NCBI GenBank assembly: GCA_964532145.1
Contig: CAZHGM010000001.1
Location: forward strand, 30,086-94,085
Direction: 5' to 3'
Length of the DNA: 64,000 nt
Source of the DNA: an uncultured Candidatus Saccharibacteria bacterium
Lineage (GTDB): Bacteria; Patescibacteriota; Saccharimonadia; Saccharimonadales; Saccharimonadaceae
Shown here: piece by piece, positions 25,903 to 34,442 of the stretch
Numbering within the stretch: the stretch's first letter is position 1
Layout of the letters: each line of letters starts with the position of its first letter
Notes under the pieces: model-generated
What the model was told of the DNA's origin: nothing
The model's input: the letters and a program-made list of their open reading frames with translations, nothing else
Databases searched by the model: none
Made by a program: the position numbers and the translations under genes

Positions 25903-26101
25903 GTGGTGCTATCTCTTTTTGTTTTATGGTTAGTATTTTTGTTGTGCCACACGCTGCACCGCCGCCCGCAAATGCAAACGGCAGTGAGTGTGCGTGATGG
26001 TCCGTAGCCCGATTGAGCGCTATCAGCGGTGATTAACCGTGATGCGAACCGCTCGGGACTTATTGACTATTTTGATTGGCATAGTCGTTACCCTTTTTGT
26101 T

Positions 26102-27040
26102 TTATATTTTCACTGCGGCACGAAGTGTAGCGCTCCGGGCACGCGGATTGTGAACGTCATTAGCTGCCCCGCGAATCGGCTTTTTTGTCAGCAGCGCTAG
26201 TGATGCCTCATACCCAGATGAAGCCGCTTCGGCAAAATACTGCTTGACTAATCGGTCTTCAAGGCTGTGAAAGCTGATAATTACGACTCGCCCCCCTGGG
26301 CGCAGTAGCGATGTGATCGCCGCCAGTAGTCGCTTTACCTGATCCAGCTCTTGATTGAGCGCGATTCGGAGTGCTTGAAAGGTGCGCGTGGCCGGATGTG
26401 TTTTTTGATATCCGCCACGATGTGTTGATAGAATGACGTTGGCTAACTGTAGTGTCGAGTGGAACGGACGATTAAGGCGAACCGCATGGGCAATTGCCTT
26501 GGCTCGTGATGTTCGCTCTTCGCCGAATTCTTCGATGATTCGTGCCAGCTCTCGCTCTGAAGCATGATTGACAATATCGGCAGCCGTGCGAGGTGCTGTC
26601 GTGTCCATACGCATATCGAGCGGACCGTCACGTTGGATCGAAAAACCGCGTTCAGCCATGTCAAGCTGCGGTGACGATACACCAAGATCCACAAGCACCA
26701 TATCATACTGCTTCCCTACCTCGACAGCTGTCTCGGCATAGGTTGCAAAATCGCTCCGCACGACCACTGCACCTCGTCGTTTATACGAATCAAGTGCATC
26801 GATAGCTTGCGGATCGCGATCTACCAGCGTAGCATGTTCAGCTCCGACAATTTCTATAATCGCCCGAGCATGTCCGCCATAGCCTGCTGTCAGGTCGAGA
26901 TACGTTTCTCCGGATTGCGGGTTCAGTAAACGTACCACGTCGCTAAGCAGGACTGGTATATGAATAGTTGTTTCGTTCCCGCTGGGTAGCGAGGATGAAG
27001 ATTGGAGTTGTTGTGGTGGTATATGTTTCATTGAGGTCAC
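26102..27040 (-). CDS. rsmH: 16S rRNA m4C1402 methyltransferase RsmH (MraW)
   Basis: HIPVLLSDVV, DLTAGYGGHA, DLGVSSPQLD, ISFHSLEDR. The GTG start is at 27040; ATG at 27031 is an alternative. Confidence 0.93.
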   Translation of the reverse strand: MTSMKHIPPQQLQSSSSLPSGNETTIHIPVLLSDVVRLLNPQSGETYLDLTAGYGGHARAIIEIVGAEHATLVDRDPQAIDALDSYKRRGAVVVRSDFATYAETAVEVGKQYDMVLVDLGVSSPQLDMAERGFSIQRDGPLDMRMDTTAPRTAADIVNHASERELARIIEEFGEERTSRAKAIAHAVRLNRPFHSTLQLANVILSTHRGGYQKTHPATRTFQALRIALNQELDQVKRLLAAITSLLRPGGRVVIISFHSLEDRLVKQYFAEAASSGYEASLALLTKKPIRGAANDVHNPRARSATLRAAVKI

Positions 27041-27344
27041 CTAACTGATAACGAGTGTGTTTGTTTTCGCAGTATGTGTTTGTTTTAGAGTTTTGTCAAT
27101 GGAGTTGTTGTGGTGTGTCCGCTTAAAAAGCGGACGAACTTTCATGTTGGCTCTCATTGACGAGTGAGAGACTTATGTGTGAGGGTGTCTTTCGACGCCC
27201 TAAGTGAGGTGGAGTTTTGGGAGGTGTGTTTGAATTGTTTGGTGAAAGTACCAATGCAGTAATTTTACGTGTCAGCATTCGCTTCACGCACTCGCTACCA
27301 GATAGGTGATCTCACGAAATAGCTATTCCGTGATTAATGAGTTG

Positions 27345-27707
27345 TTAATGTGCGGCACTAATACGCCAGTATTTACCAGCTCGGACGACGGTAACATCAG
27401 ATGTAATTCCGGCATAATCAAGCAAATGCTGCTCAATCGTTACGCGCCCCTGTTTGTCATCCAGCTCACCTCCTGATTTGCCCGTACGAAATTGTACGTT
27501 CAAATCAGCAATCCGTTCGTCAAGGATATCGCCAGTCAGCGCCGCTTCAACTTCTTCGTCCCAGACAGCCTGTGAGTACAGGTGGAGGTACTGTTTGAAT
27601 CCGCGTGTGACGATGACACCGCTGGCAAACTCAGCACGAAGCTCAGCGGGGACAGTAAGTCGCCGTTTGCTATCTAGCTTTCGTTCGAAATAGTCAGTGC
27701 CTGGCAT
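27345..27707 (-). CDS. mraZ: Transcriptional regulator MraZ
   Basis: Two SpoVT/AbrB-like half domains: LDSKRRLTVPAELR and LDDKQGRVTIEQHL. It is the first gene of the dcw cluster. Confidence 0.9.
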   Translation of the reverse strand: MPGTDYFERKLDSKRRLTVPAELRAEFASGVIVTRGFKQYLHLYSQAVWDEEVEAALTGDILDERIADLNVQFRTGKSGGELDDKQGRVTIEQHLLDYAGITSDVTVVRAGKYWRISAAH

Positions 27708-27784
27708 CCTTATGATCCGTGGTGGTTAGATTTTATGATTAGTGCTGTGGTGTTTATTTTGGTCCGTCCTGTTTTGCGACGGTC

Positions 27785-27904
27785 CCCACTATGTTCGAGT
27801 GGATACTCGTGGCGGGGATTCCACTGGACTTATAATACTACCCACTTCTACCCACTGCAAGTACTTTTTTCAAAAGTTATCCCCACCTTGCGTAGTTATC
27901 CACA
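27785..27904 (-). promoter_or_regulatory. mraZ/dcw promoter region with phased GTGG(G) repeats (MraZ-box-like)
   Basis: The minus strand reads TTGCAG-TGGGTAGAAGTGGGTAG-TATTAT (-35 at 27860-27855, -10 at 27837-27832), with AGTGGGTAG twice, 10 bp apart. Further GTGG cores occur at plus-strand CCAC positions 27786, 27821, 27883 and 27900. Confidence 0.6.
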
Positions 27905-27994
27905 GGTAATGACCGTTGCAACAAACTCAACGAGGAACATCTCACCTTGAGTCATACTTAAGGTGAGATGGTGACGTAAGACTTCACTACCCCT

Positions 27995-28153
27995 CTAAAT
28001 AATGCTAGCAAGCTGCGATGCGTATTCAGCGCTTGTTTGTGCAACCAGCCAAGCCGTCAGCACAAATACATTTGCAACAACTGAAACAATGACAACAGCT
28101 GTTTTAAAATCGTCGTGCGTCTGTGGTATTGTGTGTGTTTTTGTGGTGTTCAT
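27995..28153 (-). CDS. Candidate small membrane protein (52 aa), below the ORF-track cutoff
   Basis: My own translation is MNTTKTHTIPQTHDDFKTAVVIVSVVANVFVLTAWLVAQTSAEYASQLASII, with one clear TM helix. TTGACA-17-TAGCAT is placed 6 nt upstream of the ATG (leaderless geometry). There is no homology evidence. Confidence 0.4.
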   Translation of the reverse strand: MNTTKTHTIPQTHDDFKTAVVIVSVVANVFVLTAWLVAQTSAEYASQLASII

Positions 28154-28159
28154 ACCTCA

Positions 28160-28188
28160 ATGCTAGCATAAGCTTTACTTTTTGTCAA
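28160..28188 (-). promoter_or_regulatory. Promoter TTGACA-17-TAGCAT, 6 nt upstream of the 52-aa ORF
   Basis: On the minus strand the -35 is at 28188-28183 and the -10 at 28165-28160. Confidence 0.45.
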
Positions 28189-28234
28189 TATAGCAGTATT
28201 TTACTTATATTCAGAGGTGATGCTGACGCTAGCA

Positions 28235-29239
28235 TCATGCGAAATATATTTTCATCAGCTCGCGAGCGATCTTGTCAGGATCATGCCGTATGAATGTACG
28301 GGAGTGGGCAATCGGATCTCCGTCGCCATTACCCTGCCAAATTGCTCCAGCAAGTAACGAGGCGCCTTTGGCACGGTAGTGTTTTGATTCTAATGCCGAC
28401 TTGTCCCACATAACCGGAAATTCACCCTCATGAGCATATTTACCAAGCAAAGCCTCATTGGGTGGTACATTATTGTACAAGACATAGTCAAGTGTAATAC
28501 CACCGAGCCGCTCAATCTCATCAGCGTAATCACTGACAGTAAAATCATCAGTCTGTCCTGGCTTAGTGACAAGATTACAGATATAGACTTTGCGTGCCTT
28601 TGAACAATTAAGCGCTTCGCTTACGCCCTCAACAATAAGTGTCGGCGCTAAGCTCCCGTACAAATTACCAGGAGAAATCACCACTAAATCCGCTTGTTCT
28701 ATCGCTGTTTTTGCACCTGGATTAATACGGCCGCTTGGCTCCAGGTATATCATCGGACGTGCACGGTTGTGAAAGTCGGTGCGACCAATATTAAACTGCC
28801 CTTTCGTTACCTGACCGTCTCCATCGTCAAGCACGAGAGTAACATTATCAAGCGTGATTGGCTCGACGGTACCGGTAATGGCTAGCACTTTGCCAGCTTC
28901 TTCAACGGCTTCGGCAAAACTACCTGTCATTTTCTCGAGTGCGGTCAGAAAAATATTACCGAAGGCATGACCTTTGAACGTCCCTTCTTCAAACCGATAA
29001 TTAAAGAGTTCTCTGACGCGAGGAGAATCGCTTAATGCCACAAGACACTGCCGTACATCGCCGGATGGCAAAACGCCAAGCTCGTCACGAAGAATCCCAG
29101 TTGACCCACCATCATCACACATATTGACAAGCGCAGTGATGTCAGCTGTATAACGCTTAAGACCAGTCAGTACAGTGAAGCTACCAGTACCCCCGCCGAT
29201 GACAACTGTTTTGGGGCCTTTTGGGATCAACCTGCTCAT
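28235..29239 (-). CDS. yvcK: YvcK/CofD-family protein (gluconeogenesis factor / UDP-sugar binding)
   Basis: VIGGGTGSFTVLTGLK and MCDDGGSTGILR motifs; 334 aa. Confidence 0.88.
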   Translation of the reverse strand: MSRLIPKGPKTVVIGGGTGSFTVLTGLKRYTADITALVNMCDDGGSTGILRDELGVLPSGDVRQCLVALSDSPRVRELFNYRFEEGTFKGHAFGNIFLTALEKMTGSFAEAVEEAGKVLAITGTVEPITLDNVTLVLDDGDGQVTKGQFNIGRTDFHNRARPMIYLEPSGRINPGAKTAIEQADLVVISPGNLYGSLAPTLIVEGVSEALNCSKARKVYICNLVTKPGQTDDFTVSDYADEIERLGGITLDYVLYNNVPPNEALLGKYAHEGEFPVMWDKSALESKHYRAKGASLLAGAIWQGNGDGDPIAHSRTFIRHDPDKIARELMKIYFA

Positions 29240-29265
29240 ATACTAGTACTCATTGTAGCACTACC

Positions 29266-30531
29266 TTAGGAAGCAGAACGTCGGAGGTTCTTAATGACTT
29301 TGCCAAACCACAAGGCACTTGAGCGTGGCGTTCGTTCCATTGTCCGGTAGTCCACTGCAACTAAGCCAAAGCGCGGCCATTTCCCATAGGCCCATTCAAA
29401 ATTATCGAGTAAACTCCAGTGGCAATAACCTTGTACTTTCACGCCATTATGAATCGCGTTATGAACTGCGTTAATCGTATGAGCAATCCACCACTTACGG
29501 TACTGGTCATTACGGTCAGCAACACCACATTCGGTAATCATTATCGGTTTTCGGTACTTACGGTACAACCGCTCGAGCACATGTTCGAGATCATCAGGCT
29601 TCATTTCCCAACCAAGGTCTTGGATATGATCGTTTTCATTATGGACATTTCCAGCGAGATATCGGTTAGAAAAATAATAGTTTACCCCCATCCAGTCCAT
29701 GTGGCGTTTAATCCTGTTGAAATACAGGTAATCTTCCATATACATCGTGAACCAGCGTGACAAACGCGATGATAATTTGTTGTCCCCAAGATAATGATGT
29801 GCGACATTTTTGGTCGTCGCAAGACGCAGATGCGGTACCTTTTTGTGCGCCATCCGATACACAAGGTTGTGTGCGCTCGAAATATTCCGATACGTCCAAT
29901 ACCCGAGCAAGTACTGGCCTTTTTTTGATGGCGGCCACTCACCTTCGTGCAGCCACCCAAACGCAACGTACACCTCCGGCTCATTAAACGTGCAGACATA
30001 GCGGAACAAATCACCCAGTTCATCAAAAACTTTCTCACAAAACCGTACAAAATAACGAATGTTCCGGTGTTTTTCAAAACCGCCCATTTCATCAAACCAC
30101 ACCGGCATCGTCCAGTGAAACATCGTGACAAGCGGCTCAATGCCGCGGACTTGCAGGGCTTTGAGGTAATCGCGGTAATGCTCAATTTCGGCTTCATTCC
30201 ACTCACCTTCCCGCGGCTCAATCCTCGACCACTCAATGCTGAATCGAAATGAATTCATGTTGAGTGCTACCAGCAGATCAAAGTCATCTTCATAGCGATG
30301 ATAGTGGTCTATAGCGCGCCCGGATACATAATTGCTGGGATTCGTTGCTTCGTTCTTGATTTCCGGCCATATCGGGAGATCTTTCAGCTGGTATTTTGCC
30401 TGATTCGCCAAACTTCGGGCATTTTTAAGCTCCCAAACAGACCATTGGTTATGATTGCCACCTTCAACCTGATGCGCGCTTGTGCTGGCACCCCAGAGAA
30501 ATTTTTTAGGAAATTTGTATTTTGGTTTCAC
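29266..30531 (-). CDS. Glycoside hydrolase family 1 (beta-glucosidase-like)
   Basis: FLWGASTSAHQVEGG N-terminal signature; acid/base TFNEP. The nucleophile region reads MITECGVAD (ECG instead of the usual ENG). Confidence 0.9.
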   Translation of the reverse strand: MKPKYKFPKKFLWGASTSAHQVEGGNHNQWSVWELKNARSLANQAKYQLKDLPIWPEIKNEATNPSNYVSGRAIDHYHRYEDDFDLLVALNMNSFRFSIEWSRIEPREGEWNEAEIEHYRDYLKALQVRGIEPLVTMFHWTMPVWFDEMGGFEKHRNIRYFVRFCEKVFDELGDLFRYVCTFNEPEVYVAFGWLHEGEWPPSKKGQYLLGYWTYRNISSAHNLVYRMAHKKVPHLRLATTKNVAHHYLGDNKLSSRLSRWFTMYMEDYLYFNRIKRHMDWMGVNYYFSNRYLAGNVHNENDHIQDLGWEMKPDDLEHVLERLYRKYRKPIMITECGVADRNDQYRKWWIAHTINAVHNAIHNGVKVQGYCHWSLLDNFEWAYGKWPRFGLVAVDYRTMERTPRSSALWFGKVIKNLRRSAS

Positions 30532-30569
30532 TTTACCAGCTATTATACTCTGGAGCTATCTACGGTACA

Positions 30570-31460
30570 ATGGGAGTGATGTATCGACAACTTCTTCGCA
30601 TTGCGTGGCGAATTCTAACTGCGCTGCTTGTGCTGTCACTGGCTTGGATCACCAGCTTTGTTTTATTCCCGTTCTTTGACCGGCGAATGCCGTTGTTTCC
30701 AGCCGCTTTGATCGCCTACATGATCTTAGCGTACATCATGTTGCCCTTTGCCTTGCGGTTCTGGCATGTCGTATTCAAGCCCAATCACATCCCTCGTTAT
30801 GTGACGACTCCTGACGGTTGGCCGGCCGACCCGGTGAATATTGCCATCATATCCAAAAACAAACGGCATTTTATCAATACGATGAAGCAAGCTGGTTGGT
30901 ACCAGGCGGACAAATCCACGCTGCGCAACTCGCTGAGAGAGGCTTACGCAATCGTGACAAACCAGTCCTATCCGACCGCACCATTCAGCACGTTGTTTTT
31001 ATTTGGTCGTCCCTACGACATTGGCTTTCAGAAACCGGTTGACGGCAAGTCAATCCCCCGCTATCGCCACCATGTGCGGTTCTGGCAGCTTGTCGACGTG
31101 CCGCATGTTGATACCAACAATCATTTTGACTACTGGCTGGAACGACTGAGGAAATTCTTTGGCCGTAAACGCCAAGTCTGGATCGGAGCCGCCGTCGAAG
31201 ACACCAGGCCGACGGGCGTGCGCTGGCGCAATCTACAAATTACTCATCACAATTCGCATGACCACACTAAAGAGCGTGATTATATAGTCGCAACCATACA
31301 GAAAACCGGCCAAGTAAAATCAATCCATACTATCAAAGATGGCGAGCCGTTTAAAATGCGTTCGCAAAATATCGGTACGACTTTTATCGTCGACGGCAAT
31401 ATCAAGGTTGTTGAGCTGAAGTCCGCGCTATTTTCCGCCGCGAAGAAGGATTTGAAATGA
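30570..31460 (+). CDS. Membrane protein with LssY_C-like C-terminal domain (tentative)
   Basis: Three N-terminal TM helices followed by a soluble domain (PVNIAIISKNKRHFINTMKQAGWYQAD...HHVRFW). The family assignment is from memory and tentative. The track start TTG 30522 overlaps the divergent GH1 gene; ATG 30570 or 30579 is preferred. Confidence 0.55.
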   Translation: MGVMYRQLLRIAWRILTALLVLSLAWITSFVLFPFFDRRMPLFPAALIAYMILAYIMLPFALRFWHVVFKPNHIPRYVTTPDGWPADPVNIAIISKNKRHFINTMKQAGWYQADKSTLRNSLREAYAIVTNQSYPTAPFSTLFLFGRPYDIGFQKPVDGKSIPRYRHHVRFWQLVDVPHVDTNNHFDYWLERLRKFFGRKRQVWIGAAVEDTRPTGVRWRNLQITHHNSHDHTKERDYIVATIQKTGQVKSIHTIKDGEPFKMRSQNIGTTFIVDGNIKVVELKSALFSAAKKDLK

Positions 31461-32275
31461 CACGTGTAGCCATACAAGGCCAACTGGGATCGTTTCATCA
31501 TATCGTAGCCAAGCGGTATTTCGGCGACGATATTACCTGTCTGTGCCGTGAAACATTCCGTGAGGTATTCGACGCAATACAATCCCGCGAAGCTGACTAC
31601 GCTGTCTGCGCAATCGAAAATACGCTCTATGGCGGTATCGCAGATAATTACGATCTGCTACTCCAGTACCGCTGTCCAATCATCGGCGAAGCAGTTGAGC
31701 ATATTCATCAAAATCTCATTGCACTATCTACAACAAAACTAAACGATATATCAGAAGTTTACTCACATCCAGTTGCACTCGACCAATGTCGCGAATGGCT
31801 GGAAGCTAATCTACCTCATGCCGAAGTCGTTGAATATCACGATACCGCGGGAGCAGTCGAACACGTTAAATCACTTGAGTCTCCCTATGCTGCGGCGATT
31901 GCCGGAGCGGCTGCCGCCCAACTGCACGCTCTACCAATCCTAGAAAAAAACATCGAGGATGAAAAAACCAACCTGACACGCTTTTTGGTTCTTCGATCAG
32001 ATGCGGCTGTTTCTGCAAACGCCAATAAAGCATCCCTGGTGCTTATCACTAACCATTCGCCTGGCGCCCTATATCATGCGCTTGGGGTATTTGCCCGTTA
32101 CAATGCCAACCTGACCAAACTCATGTCACGGCCCATCCGCGGCGAATCGTTCAAATACCAGTTTTTCGTGGATGTTGAGTGCGACAGTGAGACCTTGAAT
32201 CTCATAATTCGTGATCTAGGCAAGCTACACTGCGACGTGACCGTCCTGGGACACTACACTGCTGCTACAATGTGA
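31457..32275 (+). CDS. pheA: Prephenate dehydratase (PDT plus ACT domain)
   Basis: VAIQGQLGSFHH, TNLTRFLVL, ACT-like ASLVLITNHSPGALYHALGVFA. The start overlaps the upstream stop (ATGA). Confidence 0.88.
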   Translation: MTRVAIQGQLGSFHHIVAKRYFGDDITCLCRETFREVFDAIQSREADYAVCAIENTLYGGIADNYDLLLQYRCPIIGEAVEHIHQNLIALSTTKLNDISEVYSHPVALDQCREWLEANLPHAEVVEYHDTAGAVEHVKSLESPYAAAIAGAAAAQLHALPILEKNIEDEKTNLTRFLVLRSDAAVSANANKASLVLITNHSPGALYHALGVFARYNANLTKLMSRPIRGESFKYQFFVDVECDSETLNLIIRDLGKLHCDVTVLGHYTAATM

Positions 32276-33794
32276 CGGCATCCTCACCGAAATGTTTTTG
32301 CAACCTTAAAAGAATCGAACGTTCGTGACGGCCAAATTTTTTGCTAAGGGTTTTGAGATCGGTACCATTTTGAAATAACATTTTTAGTTCAGTGTCGTCA
32401 CTATCCGACCATGGCCTATACGCATTGGGGTGTTTTTTTCGCATTTTTTCGAGGCGCTCCGTCCAGATCGAGGCTTTCTTTTGTTTGTCAGCCGTGTTTT
32501 TCACTTCATTTTTTTCGCGCCTGATAGCTGCTTTACGCAGGTATTCAAACCGCGCATGATCATCACAAGCTTTTTTACGTAATACTTCATCGATCCTAAG
32601 CGCTTCCTCGCTAATCCGGAGAGCCATACGATTGATACCGATCAAACTTAGGCCTTCCAGCGAGCGCACGCGACTAAGCGCCACATAACCCATGCCCTCG
32701 ACAAATGCCCGCCGTAAATCAATCCGCGCCGCATCAAGTGTCATACCCTGGCTTTTGTGCACCGTAATCGCATACGCCAAGCGAAGCGGAATTTGGGTCA
32801 GTCCGGCACGTTTTTTATCACCGTCACGCAGCTCCCACGTGTCGAGTTTCATGGTCACGGTTTTACCATTGCGAAACTCAACGATTGGATAATTCGTCAG
32901 CACGTCAAACCCAATCACGGTCCCGATACTTCCATTGGCATATTTACGTTCAGGACTATTTTTGATTGCCATGACAAGCGCGCCTTGTTTGAGTACTAGT
33001 TTCTCCTGGGCTAAACACGATCGTTTTATCGTTGCGACATAATTCTCCGCGCCCGTTGTCGTCGCCTCATACACGTACGCCTCACCTTCAAGCATGGTTA
33101 AGCGTGTATTGTTAATTCGATCGACATCAACATTTGTCGTATGTAATTCTGTCGCACGATCGTCATCCAACTCAGCCCCAACGCGTCTCAGTAGCTGCTC
33201 GGCATGACCGCGTCGGATATCGCCTCGACGCAGAGCATTCAGTATTGCGAGTAATGCTTCATCATCTTGTCGATGTTGTTCTCCGAGGTAGCAGATCACT
33301 GGGTCAAGCCTTGCCCAGGACTGTGATCGCACAACAAAACTTCCCCGCTTTCCTTCCGCTCGGTTTATGGGTGGCAATTGGAAAAAGTCCCCGCATAACA
33401 CCACCTGGATGCCGCCAAACGGCCGTTCATCCTGCCGAACAACACGAGCCACCTTATCCACCATATCGAGTCGATAATCATGCATCATGCTAATTTCGTC
33501 AATCACCAGCACGTCTGTCAGTTCAATGATGTCGCGCCGTGATTTCAATAAGTAATCTTCAAAATCATTCGACAGCTCATCATGCACGCCAATCCCGCTC
33601 CAACTATGTATTGTGTTGCCGCCGATATGTGTGGCAGCGAGCCCAGTTGTAGCTGTTACCGAAACGTGCTTTTTAGCGTGTTTTGCTTGCGTAATAAACT
33701 GGTTGAGAACATAGGTTTTACCAGAACCGGCTGGTCCCGTCAAAAACACATTATGCCCTGACAGCATAACCTCAAGCGCGAGCTGTTGATCCAT
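32265..33794 (-). CDS. PIF1/RecD-like SF1 DNA helicase with C-terminal helical/HTH-like extension
   Basis: Walker A VFLTGPAGSGKTYVLN; Walker B VLVIDEISMM; VLCGDFFQLPPI; AITVHKSQGMTLD. Confidence 0.85.
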   Translation of the reverse strand: MDQQLALEVMLSGHNVFLTGPAGSGKTYVLNQFITQAKHAKKHVSVTATTGLAATHIGGNTIHSWSGIGVHDELSNDFEDYLLKSRRDIIELTDVLVIDEISMMHDYRLDMVDKVARVVRQDERPFGGIQVVLCGDFFQLPPINRAEGKRGSFVVRSQSWARLDPVICYLGEQHRQDDEALLAILNALRRGDIRRGHAEQLLRRVGAELDDDRATELHTTNVDVDRINNTRLTMLEGEAYVYEATTTGAENYVATIKRSCLAQEKLVLKQGALVMAIKNSPERKYANGSIGTVIGFDVLTNYPIVEFRNGKTVTMKLDTWELRDGDKKRAGLTQIPLRLAYAITVHKSQGMTLDAARIDLRRAFVEGMGYVALSRVRSLEGLSLIGINRMALRISEEALRIDEVLRKKACDDHARFEYLRKAAIRREKNEVKNTADKQKKASIWTERLEKMRKKHPNAYRPWSDSDDTELKMLFQNGTDLKTLSKKFGRHERSILLRLQKHFGEDAVTL

Positions 33795-33840
33795 TACGTA
33801 TCAAGTATACTACGCTCTTTCGTTCTTCCGATCTTGAAAA

Positions 33841-34383
33841 TTATCGTTCGCAGGCAAGACCGTCACCATCACGGTCAAGACGAGACTCATATGATGGGTC
33901 TGATTTTTTGATGTCGTATACCCCAGCATTAAATGCAGCAGTACAGTTTTCAAATGCTCGTCCATTGGTCGGCTCGCTTGTTGTGCGATTTTTGACATTG
34001 TTCAGTGACCCATTACTCACCTGACCATCAGTACTATCGACAGGAACTTGGGTATTTACATACCCAAGCCCGACACCGAACCATGCAACAGTGATCACAC
34101 TCAGCACTGCAAATGTCGGGCTTTTCGTAAAACCTTTTGGATCACGGAGATACATAACAACCATGATTGCAACTGGGATAATCGGTAGAACAACCAGCCA
34201 GAGCAAATAGCCGACAACAATTCGCTTAGCCTTTGACCATTGCTGGTACTTGTATTTTGTAAACGGAAGCCTGGAGAGCAGATAGTCTGCCCCGCTTAGG
34301 AACATCCCTTTTCGCTCACCGTGAGTTGTTACTACTTCTGCATCTTGGGCTGCACGTACTGTCTGACGTTTTGTTCGCGCCAT
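33841..34383 (-). CDS. Membrane protein with C-terminal Excalibur calcium-binding domain
   Basis: Two TM helices. The C-terminal CTAAFNAG...SRLDRDGDGLACE matches the DxDxDGxxCE Excalibur signature. Confidence 0.7.
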   Translation of the reverse strand: MARTKRQTVRAAQDAEVVTTHGERKGMFLSGADYLLSRLPFTKYKYQQWSKAKRIVVGYLLWLVVLPIIPVAIMVVMYLRDPKGFTKSPTFAVLSVITVAWFGVGLGYVNTQVPVDSTDGQVSNGSLNNVKNRTTSEPTNGRAFENCTAAFNAGVYDIKKSDPSYESRLDRDGDGLACER

Positions 34384-34442
34384 AGTATCTCCTTATTAGG
34401 TTAACTAACCCTACCATATTTTCAGCAAAAAAGATAGTGAGT

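Noticed and set aside
27041-27157. 38-aa basic ORF (MRANMKVRPLFKRTHH...) in the mraZ-rsmH spacer, whose inner MKVR start recalls ribosomal protein L36.
   Set aside because: It lacks the L36 Cys/His zinc ligands and shows no further similarity. It has no RBS and spans the 27117-27135 hairpin. It is probably just an open frame in CA-rich leader sequence.
27877-27904. A perfect DnaA box (TTATCCACA) plus a one-mismatch box, as a possible oriC.
   Set aside because: There are only two boxes (a third one-mismatch box lies at 19291-19299, far away). No dnaA/dnaN is nearby, and no AT-rich unwinding element is adjacent. The boxes coincide with the GTGG repeats expected for MraZ. The DnaA co-regulation idea is kept as a finding, but the region is not called an origin.
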